In this document: piece by piece, positions 1 through 14,774 of the stretch | How the letters are laid out: the number at the start of each line of letters is the position of its first letter | How positions within the stretch are numbered: the stretch's first letter is position 1 | From: Octopus sinensis | Lineage: Eukaryota | Length of the DNA: 64,000 nucleotides | Assembly (NCBI RefSeq): GCF_006345805.1 | Contig: NC_043010.1 | Location: 48,732,001-48,796,000 of the forward strand | Direction: 5' to 3' | Notes under the pieces: model-generated | Seen by the model: only the letters and a program-made list of their open reading frames with translations | Told to the model about the DNA's origin: nothing | Databases searched by the model: none | Position numbers and translations under genes: made by a program

Positions 1-15
1 CAAAGACACGCTCAC

Positions 16-70
<55 letters not shown>

Positions 71-1153
71 ATTCGAATTATGGTTATAGTCAATCTTCAG
101 GTTAATGATAATATTTAGATAAATAATCAAATATATTTAAACAATATTTTTTAAAGAAATGAATAAATAATAATTTTTCTTATAAGAAACTCTATTATCA
201 AACTAGAAACTTTAACGATTATGATTATGTCATACAATCGATTATAATGCTAAATATTAATTTTTAAGTATTAATTTTTAAGGTAAGAATAGATAGAAAA
301 TGTATTTATTCAGATATAATATGGCTTTAAAAAACATAATAAACCCACAAATAATCAAATCTCAGTTATAGTCAATAACTAATTACCTAAATATTTAACA
401 AAAAAAATCACTATTCATATCATTAAATTTAATTTCAAGTCAAATAATTATATAATATTTGAATAATAACTAAATTATATGATTATATATATGATTATAT
501 ATATATATATACATACAACAGGCTTCTTTCAGTTTCAGTCTACCAAATCCACTCACAAGGCTTTGGTCGGCCCGAGTCTATAACAGAAGACACTTGCTCA
601 AGGTGTTATACTGTGGGACTGAATCAAGAACCATATGGTTGGGAAGCAAGCTTCTTACCACACAGACACTCTCGCAAATGTTGAATATAATTCATTTATT
701 TCGACAAAAATGTTAAATACAATCTATGTATATATTTCACAGCCAGCCTGCCTGTAAGAAATATACGAATGTAAATGCATTCCTTATATATATTTGATGT
801 GTGGAAACAAGAGGACCTAGCACACCTTCTCGCAGGTTGTTGATGGCTCTTCCAACTAGAGGTGCTCGACCTTCTTTCTCAATCAATAGTAAAAACATAT
901 CTAGCTTTTTATGAAGTAGTCATAAATTAGGCTAGAACTGTAGTGGGAGCTTAATTTGCATATCTGTGTTTCCGAAGGCTCTTCATTAATTCATATATGA
1001 TTATATGGGATAGGGTTTTACAGAATATGATTGATACAAGAGCAGATGATAAAAGATATGTGGAAAGGAGAACAGGAAAACAATAGAAAATATTCAAATG
1101 GAAATGGAAGAATATATTGGATTCTAAGATATTCATAGATACAGGAAAGGCCA

Positions 1154-1256
<103 letters not shown>

Positions 1257-1806
1257 GACAGAGAGGGGAGCTACAAGCTACAGAGATATTGAGAACAAAA
1301 GAGATGTCGGGAAAGTGTGTGTGAGAGAGAAAGAGAGAGAGAGAGAGGAATGAAATAGGGATAGAGTTAGAGGTAGAGAGAGAGAGGGAGGGGGAGAAAA
1401 GGCTGGAAGGAGAGAAGGGAGTAATTTGTTTGGTATCAAAACTGTAAACTGAATGCAAATATGAAGCAAAGATAGAGCACTATAATGATGATGATAATGA
1501 TGATGATGGAAGTGGTGGCAGCGGCGGTAACAGTGGTGGTGGTGGTGGTGAATGACTGGGTACGATCCGCCAATGTTAAAACTTTTAAATATACCACGCC
1601 TCTATCGACTCCAACTAGTCGGTTATACCGAGCACTTTAAAGACACAGCGAAAGAATAACCACGTGACTCAGCGAAGGAACCTGTACATAATGTCTCGAT
1701 CTGCTAGAAATTTAGCCAAACAAAACGGTGCTCTTCGAATGAAATCCACCGTGTCCCATACGTTTCTTTATCACTCTTGCTGCCAGAAAAAAAGACAGTC
1801 ACGTGC

Positions 1807-2270
1807 TTCCCAATCACATTGGTTCTGGGTTCAGCCCCAATGCGTAGCACCTTGGGCATGTGTGTTCTACTATAGCTCCGGATGGACCAAAGCCTTGAGT
1901 GGATTCAGTAGATGGAAACTGAAAGAAGCATGTCCTGTACATACATATATATATATATATATACATTTATATGTGTGTGTGTGTGTGTGTATGCATACAC
2001 ACATACCTATGTGTGTGCATATGTATTTTTGAGTGCTTTTGTCTTTTTCCTTCCCCAATCGCTTGACAACCGGTATTGGTTTGTTTACGTCCCCGTAACA
2101 CTAGCGGTTCGGCATAAGAGATGATAGAATAATTATCAGACTTAAAAACAAAAACAAAAAAAAAGAAAAGCAAACGAAACAAAACATAAGTAAAAGTGCC
2201 GATTCGTTCGACTAAAAACCCTTCAAGGCGGTGCTCCAGCATGGCTGCAATCAAATGACGGCTGAAAGAA
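1807..2270 (+). mobile_element. SINE family A
   Basis: Matches 34357-34768. A head-only copy is at 515-675 (-). Confidence 0.85.
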
Positions 2271-3015
2271 GCAAAAGATGAAAGATAAAGAGCGATGAGG
2301 TAATGAACGGCCCTCTAAAAGCCTAAGCCAAATAGGAAGCCATTGTCCACAAACTGCGATATACTATGAGATTTTCTGTCGGACAATTAATTACGTAGTC
2401 TCGGGGCGAATGCGTTAAACCGCGTTACCTTCACGTCTTTTCATACTTCTCAATCAAACCTATCTTCTATCAGGTTTTGATAACATTTTCAGGTATTCTG
2501 TAACCATGATGCATTTCTTTTTAATATTGTATGCTTTATTATATTTGATTAAATATCTAGTTGGCATTTTCGATTTGTTCCTATTTTATTATTGGTAATA
2601 ATATTTACCGTAAAAATTCAAATAGCAAACGAAGAAAGGATATTTACTGAAGAAATTTATGAGACTGGTGGGAAATTAACATCGCCTACAGCGTGTTTTG
2701 TCTAATTTCAACTATATTTCTATAAGATAATTCGGTTTTGCTTGATATCTGAAGCTGAGATATTTACAGTAGTCATAACTCGTAACAGACGATACAATAT
2801 GACACCAACGCTAGTTCATGCTGGTGCAGCATTGTGCTATCTTGGCAACATGGTGAAATTCGATATCCGATTGCGAGGAAGATCCGGTTCTTGACTGAGG
2901 ATAAAAGGCTTCGAATGACCCGTCCTTGTTTTTTTGTATCGTCTATCTGGATGTTTTGTTTTCCCTTTTTGTATCACCTAGTTGTCCGGATGTTTTGCGT
3001 TCTTGCCCCATTTTG

Positions 3016-3095
<80 letters not shown>

Positions 3096-3102
3096 TTATA
3101 TG

Positions 3103-3138
<36 letters not shown>

Positions 3139-3572
3139 AAGAGAGAGAGTGAGAGAAAATATAAATGAATAACAGTAGAGGTACAAGTGTCAATCCAGTA
3201 CGGCCGTTTCTAACGACTCCTTTAACTGATTAATGAAAACATTACATCATTGTAAAGAAACTGTTTTCATCAGATGAATTCCTGAACTTCAAAATAAAGA
3301 ACATTCGAATTGATCTAACATAATTTAATATCCACGGAACAGAAACATTCGCAGTGATTCTACTATTTCCGTTGACAGAATGGATTTACCAGAATAGTGT
3401 ATATTTGATCATAACAGAGAAACTTAGAGGTTAGTAGAGTTTATAGGAGGGTGAAGGAATAATTGACTCTAGTAACCCACTTATCTTTACTTTTAACAAG
3501 AGGGGAGAGCGAGGCTCACGAAATTTTTTTCCCAAGAGTGTTCCGAACCCCAGTAATGAACTTATTTACATA

Positions 3573-3934
3573 CTAGCAGTATCGCCCGGCGTTGCTCGGG
3601 TTTGTAAGGGAAATAACTATAAAGCATTTTTAGAGAGTTATAGCCAAAAAATAGCAAAAAAATGGAAAAAAATTATGGTAAATTTTTTTGAGAGTTAAAA
3701 AGGTCGAGTTGGTTTGTGTTTCTGATTCTCGACCCCATGTCGAATTTATCGATTTTTTTCAGAACTGGGGGAACTTTTCAAAATTTTCGCTGCGTTAGTT
3801 TTGAATTATGACATTGGGCTATGTGTGTGTCAAGTTTCATCAGAATCGGTTGAAAGCCGTGGCCAGGGTGAGGGTACAACCTAACAGACACACAGACACG
3901 CAGACAGACAAACTGCCATTTATATATAGAGAGA
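3573..3934 (-). mobile_element. Non-autonomous Helitron
   Basis: On the minus strand: 5' TC, a (GTCT)n-like block, 3' hairpin CCCGAGCAACGCCGGG, then CTAG. Inserted between A and T. Confidence 0.85.
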
Positions 3935-4274
3935 TAGCCAATCAGAACTCATCCTGACCTCGTCAAGTTAACAAAAGTAACCGATAAAATGAGTACTGGG
4001 AATGAATTGATCGCCTAAACCCTACATGGCATCTTTGTCCGGATGGTCAGCGCGTAATTGAAGAACACACGTTGGCTGAGTCTGCCGAAGGAAGAGTGGG
4101 CCGCCCCACGTCCTTTTCACATGTGAGGGTTTTTGAAAGGATATGTGAAGGTATGTGAAGTGTTCAACTTCTTCTAGGGGTCTCAGCATGACCGTTGTAT
4201 AATGAATGAAACAAGTAAAAGCATAAAAGACTATTTCTGATACAACGAGAAGACCTTGACGTATTTGCAAACCT

Positions 4275-4499
4275 ATTTCTTTATTACCCACAAGGGGCTA
4301 AACACAGAGGGGACAAACAAGGACAGACATAGGTATTAAGTCGATTACATCGACCCCAGTGCGTAACTGGTACTTAATTTATCGACCCCGAAAGGATGAA
4401 AGGCAAAGTCGACCTCGGCGGAATTTGAACTCACAACGTAACGCAGACGAAATACCGCTAAGCATTTCGCCCGGCGTGCTAACGTTTCTGCCAACTCGC
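4275..4499 (-). mobile_element. tRNA-derived SINE family B, monomer with TSD
   Basis: Core GGTCGACTTTGCCTTTCATCCTTTCGGGGTCGAT on the minus strand, with a 15-bp TSD CGTATTTGCAAACCT at 4260-4274 and 4500-4514. Confidence 0.92.
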
Positions 4500-5050
4500 C
4501 GTATTTGCAAACCTGTTAGCTGTGTATTTGGTAGTGAAGTTTGATATACATATCTATGGTAGATCTCAAGCCGTAATTGAAGTATCTGGTCACTTCAATT
4601 TCTGTTTCGGGCATTTGCTCTTTATCTCATAATGAGAAAGAGAGAGATTGTGTTGTTGTTACTTTGGTTGAAGGCAAATATATGATGAAGGAGTGATGTG
4701 AGATGGTAAGAAGTGAAAAGAATGATTGAAGAAAATAGTAGTTCAAGAGTGTGAGCGAGGTGCACGAAGTGGTGACGGAGAAGCTGAAATTACTAAGCAA
4801 AAGATAAAAGGGGGTGGGGTGAGAATAAACGAAAATAAAGGGAGTGGGAGACAAATGACAATCAAAACCACGCACAGAATTCTTAATTTATAGAAGGGTA
4901 AAATTAAACTGTGTAGGAAATCCATAAAGATGTGATGTGAGCGAGGTATGAGGTGAACGTAGTGGGAGAAGGGTAATAATTAGAGACGGCCTGTGAAGGA
5001 GTCGGAGCATCAAAAAAGGCAATGCGACACCAAGATCTAGTTTGTTCCTT

Positions 5051-5340
5051 CTCGAGCCACGCCTGGCTCATAGGGCCGGTTTCCCGGTTTCCCTGGCGTA
5101 TAGGTTCCCCACCTGGACGAGACGCCAGTCCGTCGCAGGTGAGCTGCATGATGCTGGAGGAAAGAGTGAGAGAAAGTTGTAGCGAAAGAGTCAGCAGAAG
5201 TTCGCCATTACCTTCTGCCGGAGCCGCGTGGAGCTTAGGTGTTTTGCTCATAAATACACACATCGCCCGGTCTGAGATTCGAACCCACGATCCCTCGACC
5301 GCGAGTCCGCTGTTCTATCCACTAGGTCATGTGCCTCCAC
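5051..5340 (-). mobile_element. tRNA-derived SINE family C
   Basis: Head GTGGAGGCACATGACCTAGTGG..GGTTCGAATCTC. Near-identical to 46161-46451. Confidence 0.9.
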
Positions 5341-7029
5341 TCCAAGAGCTATTGGTGTGAAGTCACCCAAGATCGTGATTCACTTCATTCCATTTGCTAC
5401 AAACTTTTACGAGTTCCAGACATGCGCTAATACCGAGCGGGTCCTTCGGTGAATCGAGTGGAATGCCTTCTGTCACAGAAAGAAACGTAAAATTGGCGGA
5501 GCCTTTGGTAAATTGATAGATCTCACAACAGGGCAAACCGGATTAGACTCCTAACTGGGGAATTATTCATAAAAATTGCCGCCTAGGCTTGGATCGTTTC
5601 TATTTCCGTATATCCAAAACCATAGCCCTTAGGTATATTATACAGAAACTAGATCTGCTTGGGATGACACGTATGCTATGTGGAGTACTTCTAGTATAAA
5701 AGAAGATAGAAAACTAAAATAGGACACTGCACGCACCCAACCACATAGAACTGCGCTCCTTGTAGTAAAAGCGTACAATAAAAATAAGACTTGGAAAATA
5801 TGATAAATGATGGTGATGCTGACGATGTTCTTTTCATTACAATAATAATGATTAGCTTCACAGCTCCAACCAAAATATCCATTAAGAGTGATGAGGTAAA
5901 TAAGGCAGGAAAACAGAAAAAAAAAACAACAACAAAAACTGACGAAAATGTTAATGCGTGTTTCTGTAAAATAAATGCATTAGCCTAGTGTTAGAATTAT
6001 GTTACTCTTTCTCTTTTTTTCTATATTGCAAACGTTCACACCAATCGCTGACTGGCCATCAAATGTAAACATTATAAACGGTCACTAATCGAATTAACAC
6101 TAAATAAATTTAGCTCAAAATAAAACTAGACAAACAACACAAACAGAAATGGTGCTGTTCGAAACACTTTTAAAATGGGAATGTTATAATTTGAATTTGA
6201 TGGACAAAGATAACAAAAATAAAATAGAAAACGCAAAATTCTGCATCACCAGAAATTAATAAACCAAATCCAATATAAAGGTCAGAATTTATTAAGGCCT
6301 GCAAATAAAATGAAAAACGGTTTGGAGATGAATATCTATGTATATTTCTTATATTCATTATTTTTTTATTTATGCGCCCTTTTTTATTTAGCCAGGCTCA
6401 TGGGCCCCGTTTCCCGGTTTCTGTGTTCTCCCCAGCTGGACGGGACGCCAGTCCATCGCAGCGTTACTCAAGAAACAGGAAGAGAGAGTGAGAGAAAGTT
6501 GGGGCGAAAGAGTACAACAGGGGTCGCCACCACCCCTTGAGCTTTAAGTGTTTTCGTTCAATAAACACTCACAACGCTCGGTCTGGGAATCGAAACCGCA
6601 ATCCTCCGACCGCGAGTCCACTGCCCTAACCACTGGGCCATTGCGCGTCCACTCTTATATTCATAGGCAAAAAGAAAATAAAAGAGCAAAACAGATTTTT
6701 GTGAATTTGGGATGTTAATGTATAGTATAGGTTCTGTCTTTTATTTGCTTCAACTATTGGACTGCGACCATGCTGGGGCACCACCTTGAAGAGTTGTAGT
6801 CGAATGATACTACCCTTAGTAGTTACTATTTTCAGTCTGGTGCTTATTCTATCGGTTCTCTTCTGCAAAACCGCTAAGTTACAGGAACATAAGCAAGACA
6901 ACATCGGTTGTCAAGCAGTGGGAGGGGACAATAATACACATATACACACGCACACAGAGTAATACATACGTACATACATACTTACATACATACATACATA
7001 CATACATACAAACCTCTCTCTCTCTCTCA

Positions 7030-7065
<36 letters not shown>

Positions 7066-7070
7066 TTATT

Positions 7071-7101
<31 letters not shown>

Positions 7102-7253
7102 GCAAAAGTCCAAATTCAGTAGGATATTAAAATACCACTTGCTATAAAGAGAAACATCGCTCTAAAACCACAAATTACTCGCTATTAAAATACCCTATTC
7201 AATTTTGAATTTTTTTTATATTTTACCTATAAAGATATAAACTTGCTAGCAAC

Positions 7254-7311
<58 letters not shown>

Positions 7312-7314
<3 letters not shown>

Positions 7315-7452
7315 GGTTGTCCCAAAAGTTCGTAAACACTTGCGAAAATTGAATTTTTACTCGCCAAGTACTAACAAAAACAGCAAAAATTATTCCTCAA
7401 AATAAAGACCATCATTTTCCAAGACTTTCTACGAACTTTTGGGACAACCTTA
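7312..7452. mobile_element. Mariner-type MITE (141 bp)
   Basis: 23-bp TIRs TTAGGTTGTCCCAAAAGTTCGTA (1 mismatch) with TA on both sides, inserted in an (ATT)n tract. Confidence 0.88.
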
Positions 7453-7469
7453 TATTATTATTATTATTA

Positions 7470-7500
<31 letters not shown>

Positions 7501-7777
7501 CATCATCATCATTATTATTATAATTATTATTAATGGAAGTGATACATATTTAACTCAAAATTATATATATGTGTATATATACATATATTTATATATGTGC
7601 ATATACCTATATATCTATATCTATATATATATAAGCATATATGTATATACATACAATATACATACGTACTTACATATACTTATACGTACGTACACGTACA
7701 CACACACACACACACACGTGTGTGTGTGTGTGTCTGTGTATATGTATGTATGCATGCAACATGGTATAATTATAAAC

Positions 7778-8062
7778 TAGGCAAATTTTAGCCATTTCTC
7801 CGCAGACTGAAAAAATGATGAACAACCTGAATCGATTTTCGAACATTATTGGGTTCTCATCAGAGGCGTCTACATTATTCTGACAGTCCCCAGAGAAACA
7901 AACAGCCAAATTTTATATACTCAACAAAAATACACCAGTTATTCCATGAAGGAACCCCCTAACTTACATACCGAAAATGTTTAACACTATAAATACCAGC
8001 GACCTGTCAACGGGGATCTTAGTCCACACAGTATCAAAGTATGAATTATATATATGTAACAT
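7778..8062 (-). mobile_element. Hammerhead-bearing short element (Penelope-like/retrozyme-like) flanked by a 17-bp direct repeat
   Basis: ATGGTATAATTATAAAC occurs at 7761-7777 and 8063-8079. The element contains the hammerhead at 7821-7870 and is embedded in TA/CA microsatellites. Confidence 0.55.
7821..7870 (-). ncRNA. Minimal type I hammerhead ribozyme (second family)
   Basis: Minus strand reads GACGCCT-CTGATGA-GAAC ccaataat GTTC-GAAA-ATCGATTC^AGGTTGTT. Stem II is perfect, stem III is palindromic (AATCGATT), and the cleavage triplet is UUC. Confidence 0.7.
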
Positions 8063-8079
8063 ATGGTATAATTATAAAC

Positions 8080-8960
<881 letters not shown>

Positions 8961-9127
8961 GCACCAGAATTTGGTATGGTATTATCCATATAAATCAAAT
9001 GGGTGATTATAATCAAAGTAAGCAACAAGGATATCCAAAGGTAGTGTAGAACAATCATTTCATCCTACTTCATTTAATTAAACAATGTATTACATTAGTT
9101 TTAAAATGTAGAGCAATCTTCAGCAAC

Positions 9128-9371
9128 ATATGGAATTTTTTTATTAAATTGAGGATGTTCATTTTTATACTTATCTCATTTGCCAACATTACAAAGAGGG
9201 TAGGTATATAGACAGAGAGGTGAATTTCATCAGTAAAATCATGGTAGTAGAAGATCATGTTTCTACTGATGAAATTCACCTCTCTGTCTATTTACCTACC
9301 TTCTTTGTAATGTTGAAAAATGGAATAAGTATAAAAATGAACATCATCAATTTAATAAAAAAATTCCATAT
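9128..9371. repeat. ~244-bp fold-back palindrome (MITE-like)
   Basis: Arms of ~115 bp with a ~12-nt loop. The opposite-strand ORFs 9070-9279 and 9220-9522 give near-identical peptides because of the palindrome. Confidence 0.9.
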
Positions 9372-9775
9372 TCTTACTTTCCCAGATCTTGAGGATAAGG
9401 TGCATCAGATGATTTCTCAGTTCAGGACCTCCGTGTGTGAAAACCTCAAACGGGATGTTGTCTGGTCCTGGAGCTTTCCCCGGCTTCATGCGCGCAAATG
9501 CCTTGTTGAACTCATGGCGTGAGGGCGGCTGGGACATCCAATGGCGGATATGGAGTTGTGGGAATGTTTTGGAGAGAACGTCAGGAGTGCGTGATTGGTC
9601 GTTAAGTAGGCACTCGAAATGGGACGTCCAGTGATCGAGGATTCCCTAGGTATCGTTCAACGTAGAACCAGCTACGGTCTTCATGCAGCCCATGTATGAC
9701 CTTGTGGGGCCGAAGATCTCCTTGGTTGCGGCATAAAATCTTAACAAGGCCGATGAGGTCTTTATAAGGCTGGAA
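9372..9775 (-). mobile_element. RTE-clade LINE internal fragment
   Basis: Translates to EFNKAFARMKPGKAPGPDNIPFEVFTHGGPELRNHLMHLILKIWES, the region just upstream of RT domain 0. Confidence 0.85.
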
Positions 9776-10041
9776 CATTTGTAAATTCATCTCTCAAACT
9801 CGTCAAAATATTTAAAATACTTTCAGTTGCTAATACTGTTTTTTCCCCTTTTTTGTCTCTATATAATAGTTTCTAATTAGCTTTTTAATGTTAACTACAT
9901 TAAATTTGCTAACACTAGCGTAATTATTACATTTTCTTTTTTCTCTTTCAAGCAGATGAGTGATTTGAAATAGACTCATTTCAAACTAATGATAATTATA
10001 ATTAGCGATCTTTACAAATAATGATAATAATAATAATAATA

Positions 10042-10128
<87 letters not shown>

Positions 10129-11519
10129 TCTTTCCACCCCCTGTTTCTCTGTTGCTTTCTTCCTTCTCTGTTTTTAAATGAAATACTGAAGCAGAACATC
10201 TTTATTGTTGTTGTTGTTTTTCTTGCCGCCATTACTGTTTTTTTGTTTCTTTTATCGCCCCCTAATGTTATTATCATGCGTTGTTGTTGTTGTTGCTATT
10301 GTAGTAACATCTAATGCTACTGTGATTTTGTTTTTGTTTTTTGCTTCAGTCACTCAACTTGTTTGCAAGTTCTTTTAATTGTGTGTTTTTGTTTGTTTGT
10401 TTCCTTCTTTCTTTGTTGTACTTGTTGTGTACATGTGTTCCTGTTGCTGTTAATATTCATTATTTGGTTGTTGATGCATGCAGTGATTTCTGTTTGGTTG
10501 TTAGTGTTTTTCGTTTGTATTCGTGCGCGGGAAGTGGTGAATTAAATGCGTTTATATGTGCGCCAACATATGTGCGTGCGTTATGTTCGCTTGTGTGCAT
10601 GTAACTTTGTGTGGTTTTTATATATGTATTTATGTGTGCGCGGTAGTTAAATGTATTTGCGTGTAAGTGTGTTTGTGTGCGTGTGTTCATATTACTGTTC
10701 CTATTTGTTATGTGTTTGTTGGCGCATGCAATAATTTCTTTTTCGATAAAACTGTCCTTGTGGTGGTTGATCATATGGTTCTGATGATCATTACTACTGC
10801 GCTGTTTGTGATTACTACAGTGGTTATAGGGATGGTTTCGGTTGTAGTTCTGGTAGTTGTTTTGTTGCTGTTGATGTTCATCTGGTTGTTGAAGCAGTGA
10901 TGGTGGTCGTGGTTGTTGTGTCGGTAGTTGTAGTGGTAACTATGTGACAACTATAGCTGTAGTCGTGGCAACAGTAGAAATTTTATTGGTATGTGTGATA
11001 GTTAGAGTGGTCCTTTTGTATGCCCGAGGAAAATGGGAGAAATGCCAAGCAGTGCGAAATGGCAAGCAGGACGAAATCTAAGTGCATTAAAAGTTCTATA
11101 AGAACGACATCGTCTTAGTCGCATTTAGAGGCCCCCAAGAAAATCGATGCACTGGGGGCTGTAGTATTTATTTATCAAGAACAAGCCACAGCCTACATGG
11201 ATTAGAATTGGGTTCATAGATTTGAGAGGCCTCTGAGCATAAGAACTTAGCGATTCTAGTTCATGAGCAACGGAGAACTTTGAAGGTGATCTGGAGAGGA
11301 CAGTGCAGCCAGAAGCAAGGCAATCACTTAACTGATGCTTCATGGACGATTTAATAGTGAAAACAACAACAGTGTTAGGAGCTGGAGAAGTTTATTTTAA
11401 GAGTGCACGTAAGTTTGAAATCTGCGACGTACAAGCTTTGAGTCATGAAGAAAAGTAACCGACAAGTTTTGCTTCAAACTGAAGAAAACCGGATCTTGTC
11501 TGTCACGAGAAAACTCTTT

Positions 11520-11915
11520 TACTCTTTTACTTGTTTCAGTCATTTGACTGCGGCCATGTTGGAATACCGGCCTTAGTCGAGCAAGTCGACCCCAGAACTT
11601 ATTCTTCGTAAGCCTAGTACTTATTCTATCGTTCTCTTTTGCCGAACCACTAAGTTACGGGGACGTAAACACACCAGCATCGGTTGTCAAGCGATGTTGG
11701 GTGGGGGACCAGCACAGATACACAAACATATACACACACATACATATATATATACACATATATACGACGGGCTTCTTTCAGTTTCCGTCTACCAAATCCA
11801 CTCACATGACTTTGGTCGGCCCGTGACTATTGTAGAAGACACTCGCCCAAAGTACCATGCAATGGGAATGAACCCGGAACAATGTGGTTGGTAAGCAAGC
11901 TACTTACCACACAGT
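11520..11915 (-). mobile_element. SINE family A
   Basis: Matches the family consensus. Partial copies are at 6735-6935, 14655-14865 and 18598-18782 (-). Confidence 0.88.
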
Positions 11916-13198
11916 TCTCGGAAAGATCTAAATGTCATGAAGTTCATGTGGCTACAGTAGAGGGTTCTGAGCGCAAGGTGAGCTACCATCTCACCTGAGT
12001 TTTCCCTGCAGCTCAAGCAGCTTTGGACCATAGGAGAACAACAAGCTCAGGCTACTGTTTCACGCTGTCAGAGAGGAATTCATGTTAACACGCGCAAGGA
12101 AACCTTCAGCACACCCAATTCAGCAGTAGCGTAGTATCTTGTGCTGAGATCCTAATGAGGAAAAGGAGGAAGAGGAAAGCAATCGATGAGGGCGATATGC
12201 AGACTTGCAGCTGAAACAAAAAGCCCTTCTTCAGTGTCTGACACTGGCTGGATTTGTGATCTCATAACAACCCGATATGAAACTGGTACAAGAAAATGTG
12301 CGCTTTAGAAGAATGGCTAGTAAACAGAATAATGACAATGGAGGAAAAAATGGCGTCTAGATTACGTTCGTCCAGGTGATAGAGCGAAATGTTACGTGGC
12401 AGGTTATTTGAAAGTGGAACCAAAAGAGGAACAATTTTTTCAATTCAGTGGAGGGGAAGGTTTCCATGGTTGTTCTAGTATTAGTACGTGTTGTTTCTGA
12501 TATTCTTCTTGTTGCTTTTGACATTTCTAACACTGAGTGTGTTTTTAATGTTTTTTTGCATGTTGTTTCATTATTTCCCTTTCAACTGATTTGTCTCACT
12601 TCCAACGTTTAATTCATGGAGAAAAATAATGACAATTATTCTTGTTGGTGGTGGTGGTTGTGGTGGTGGTGGTGGTAGGTGATGTTTTGGTATTATATCC
12701 TTGTTTTTTATTGATATTGTAATCATTGTTCATTGAAGCAGTTGTTGATGTTGTAACTGTTTTATCATTGCTTTTGTTGCCAACAAACAATTCTTATTTG
12801 GAGATCATTATTTGCCATTTTTTTAATATATTCTTGTCCTTGACAGCATTGATGAAATATATGTTAATACTGATACGCAAATTAATTCCGGTTAAATAAC
12901 AAGATAGTCATATTCTTCATCGGCTTCCGAAAGATGTAAGACATCGTTAACTGAAGCAGGATTTGAATTTGTGGAACAGAATACCAAAACAAACATTCAC
13001 AAAAGTGCTCTATCCGATACTCTAATGACTATGTCAATTCAGCGGCTAATGTTTCTAAGGTCGACATAAAGCCATAAAATTTGAGTGCATGAGTACTGCT
13101 GCATATGATATTACTGAGGCACTTCACTGGTATTTTATTTTATAAACTTCTTCTGGGGTTTATGAAATAAAGTACTTCGTGCTTGCAAAGCGAGATTC

Positions 13199-13229
<31 letters not shown>

Positions 13230-13243
13230 CATACATACATACA

Positions 13244-13277
<34 letters not shown>

Positions 13278-13404
13278 CATACATACATACATGCATGCAT
13301 GCATACATACATACATACATACATACATACATACATACATGCATGCATACATACATACATACATACATACATACATACATACAAACAAACATACATACAT
13401 ACAT

Positions 13405-13727
13405 ATAAAAGGCCTGGCTTCCCGTCGGTTACGACAACGAGTTTTCCAGATGATCCGATGAACGGACAGCCTGTTCGTGAAATTAACGTGCAAGTGGTTG
13501 AGTACTCCATAGACACGCGTACCCTTCACATAGTTCTCAAGGAGAATCAGCGAGACAGAATGAGACAAGACTGGCACCTTTGAATTACAGGTAAAACTCG
13601 TTATGCCAGCTACGTAGACTGAAGCAATGGGAAATAAAGTGCCTTGCTTAATTCACTCCCGGGAATCTGACTTACGATTGTAATGCTGTAGTCTGAAGAC
13701 GCTAACCACTAAGCCACGCACCTTCAT
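13405..13727 (-). mobile_element. tRNA-derived SINE family D
   Basis: Matches 52655-52978 (-), 43271-43458 (+; head TGAAGGCGCGTGGCGTAGTGG..GTTCGATTCC..CCTTGAGCAAGAC) and 45895-46012 (-). Confidence 0.82.
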
Positions 13728-14726
13728 ACATACATACATACATACATACATACATACATACATACATACATACATACATACATACATACATACATACATA
13801 CATACATACAGTGAAAACAGTTGTGGGAAAAGTACATGTACTTATATTGCTTCAAAGAAAGAATGTAGAAATGTGCATAGGAACTAGGTTCAGAAGGAAT
13901 TATGGCAGCCCTATGCTAATAAACTCTCTTTCTATTCTTGCTCCACGAATTTATTCGAGAGTGGACAAAGAGAGAGCTCACATCAAATCCTAATCAAATT
14001 TAAAGCAAGATTCAGTATAATTTCAAAGGAGTAATTTAGGAAGTTTCAAGGAGATATGATGGATAACGTTGCACCCATTGGCCGAGCTGTGTTTGAAGAT
14101 TGAAATCGAGGTGGAACAGTAAGCAGAAATAATAGGTGAAACATTAGCCCACCGACTCATACGCTAGTGTCTATAATCTTTTATTCTTTTTATTTTTTTC
14201 AGTCATTTGATTGCGGTTTCCATGTATTGTTTCTGTCATTGGATTCGGTTTCCTTGTATGCCTCCACTGCCCTATTTTCCCTCCCAAATTTGACCCTCTA
14301 TAAATCAAAAATTTAATTTTGGTACTTATGAGAGCAACTGTTTTCGAAGACTCATATTGTCGTTCAGTGCTTGAAATGAGTAGATAGACGGCCAACAACT
14401 GATGAAGGGTCGTTCTTTGTGTTACTTGTCCTGTTTTCCATTTGTTTCTCTCGCTGTTTGCGTATTGAACTCATTTGTTTTCGTATTTCATGTTGCGTAC
14501 TGTTGGTGACGTCCTGTACCCATATATGCATATATATATGTGTATATATATATGTATGTATATATATATGTATATATATATATATTATTTATATTATTTA
14601 TATTATTTATATTATTATTTGATTGAACGCCACGCATCCGTTTCTAAGTAAGTTTATCTTACTAATTTTATCAGTTACTTTTTGCCGAGCCGCTATGTTA
14701 CGGGGACATAAACCAAACACGAAGAT

Positions 14727-14774
<48 letters not shown>

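Noticed and set aside
1661-1816. CACGTG E-boxes, TGACTCAGC and a CCAAT box as a promoter
   Set aside because: The CCAAT and the second E-box overlap a SINE edge, and short motifs like these are expected by chance.
2890-2925. CTGAGGA..GAAT..GTC as a hammerhead (also ~25675-25705, minus strand)
   Set aside because: There is no GAAA after a closed stem II and no stem I pairing.
7806-7883. Apparent terminal exon TEKMMNNLNRFSNIIGFSSEASTLF*
   Set aside because: It is the antisense of the hammerhead-bearing element at 7778-8062, so a mobile-element origin is the simpler explanation.
11020-12460. Decayed coding sequence of a retroelement
   Set aside because: The composition is suggestive, but no diagnostic motif could be read.
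14398-14430. CTGATGAAGGG as a hammerhead core
   Set aside because: No stem II or GAAA follows.
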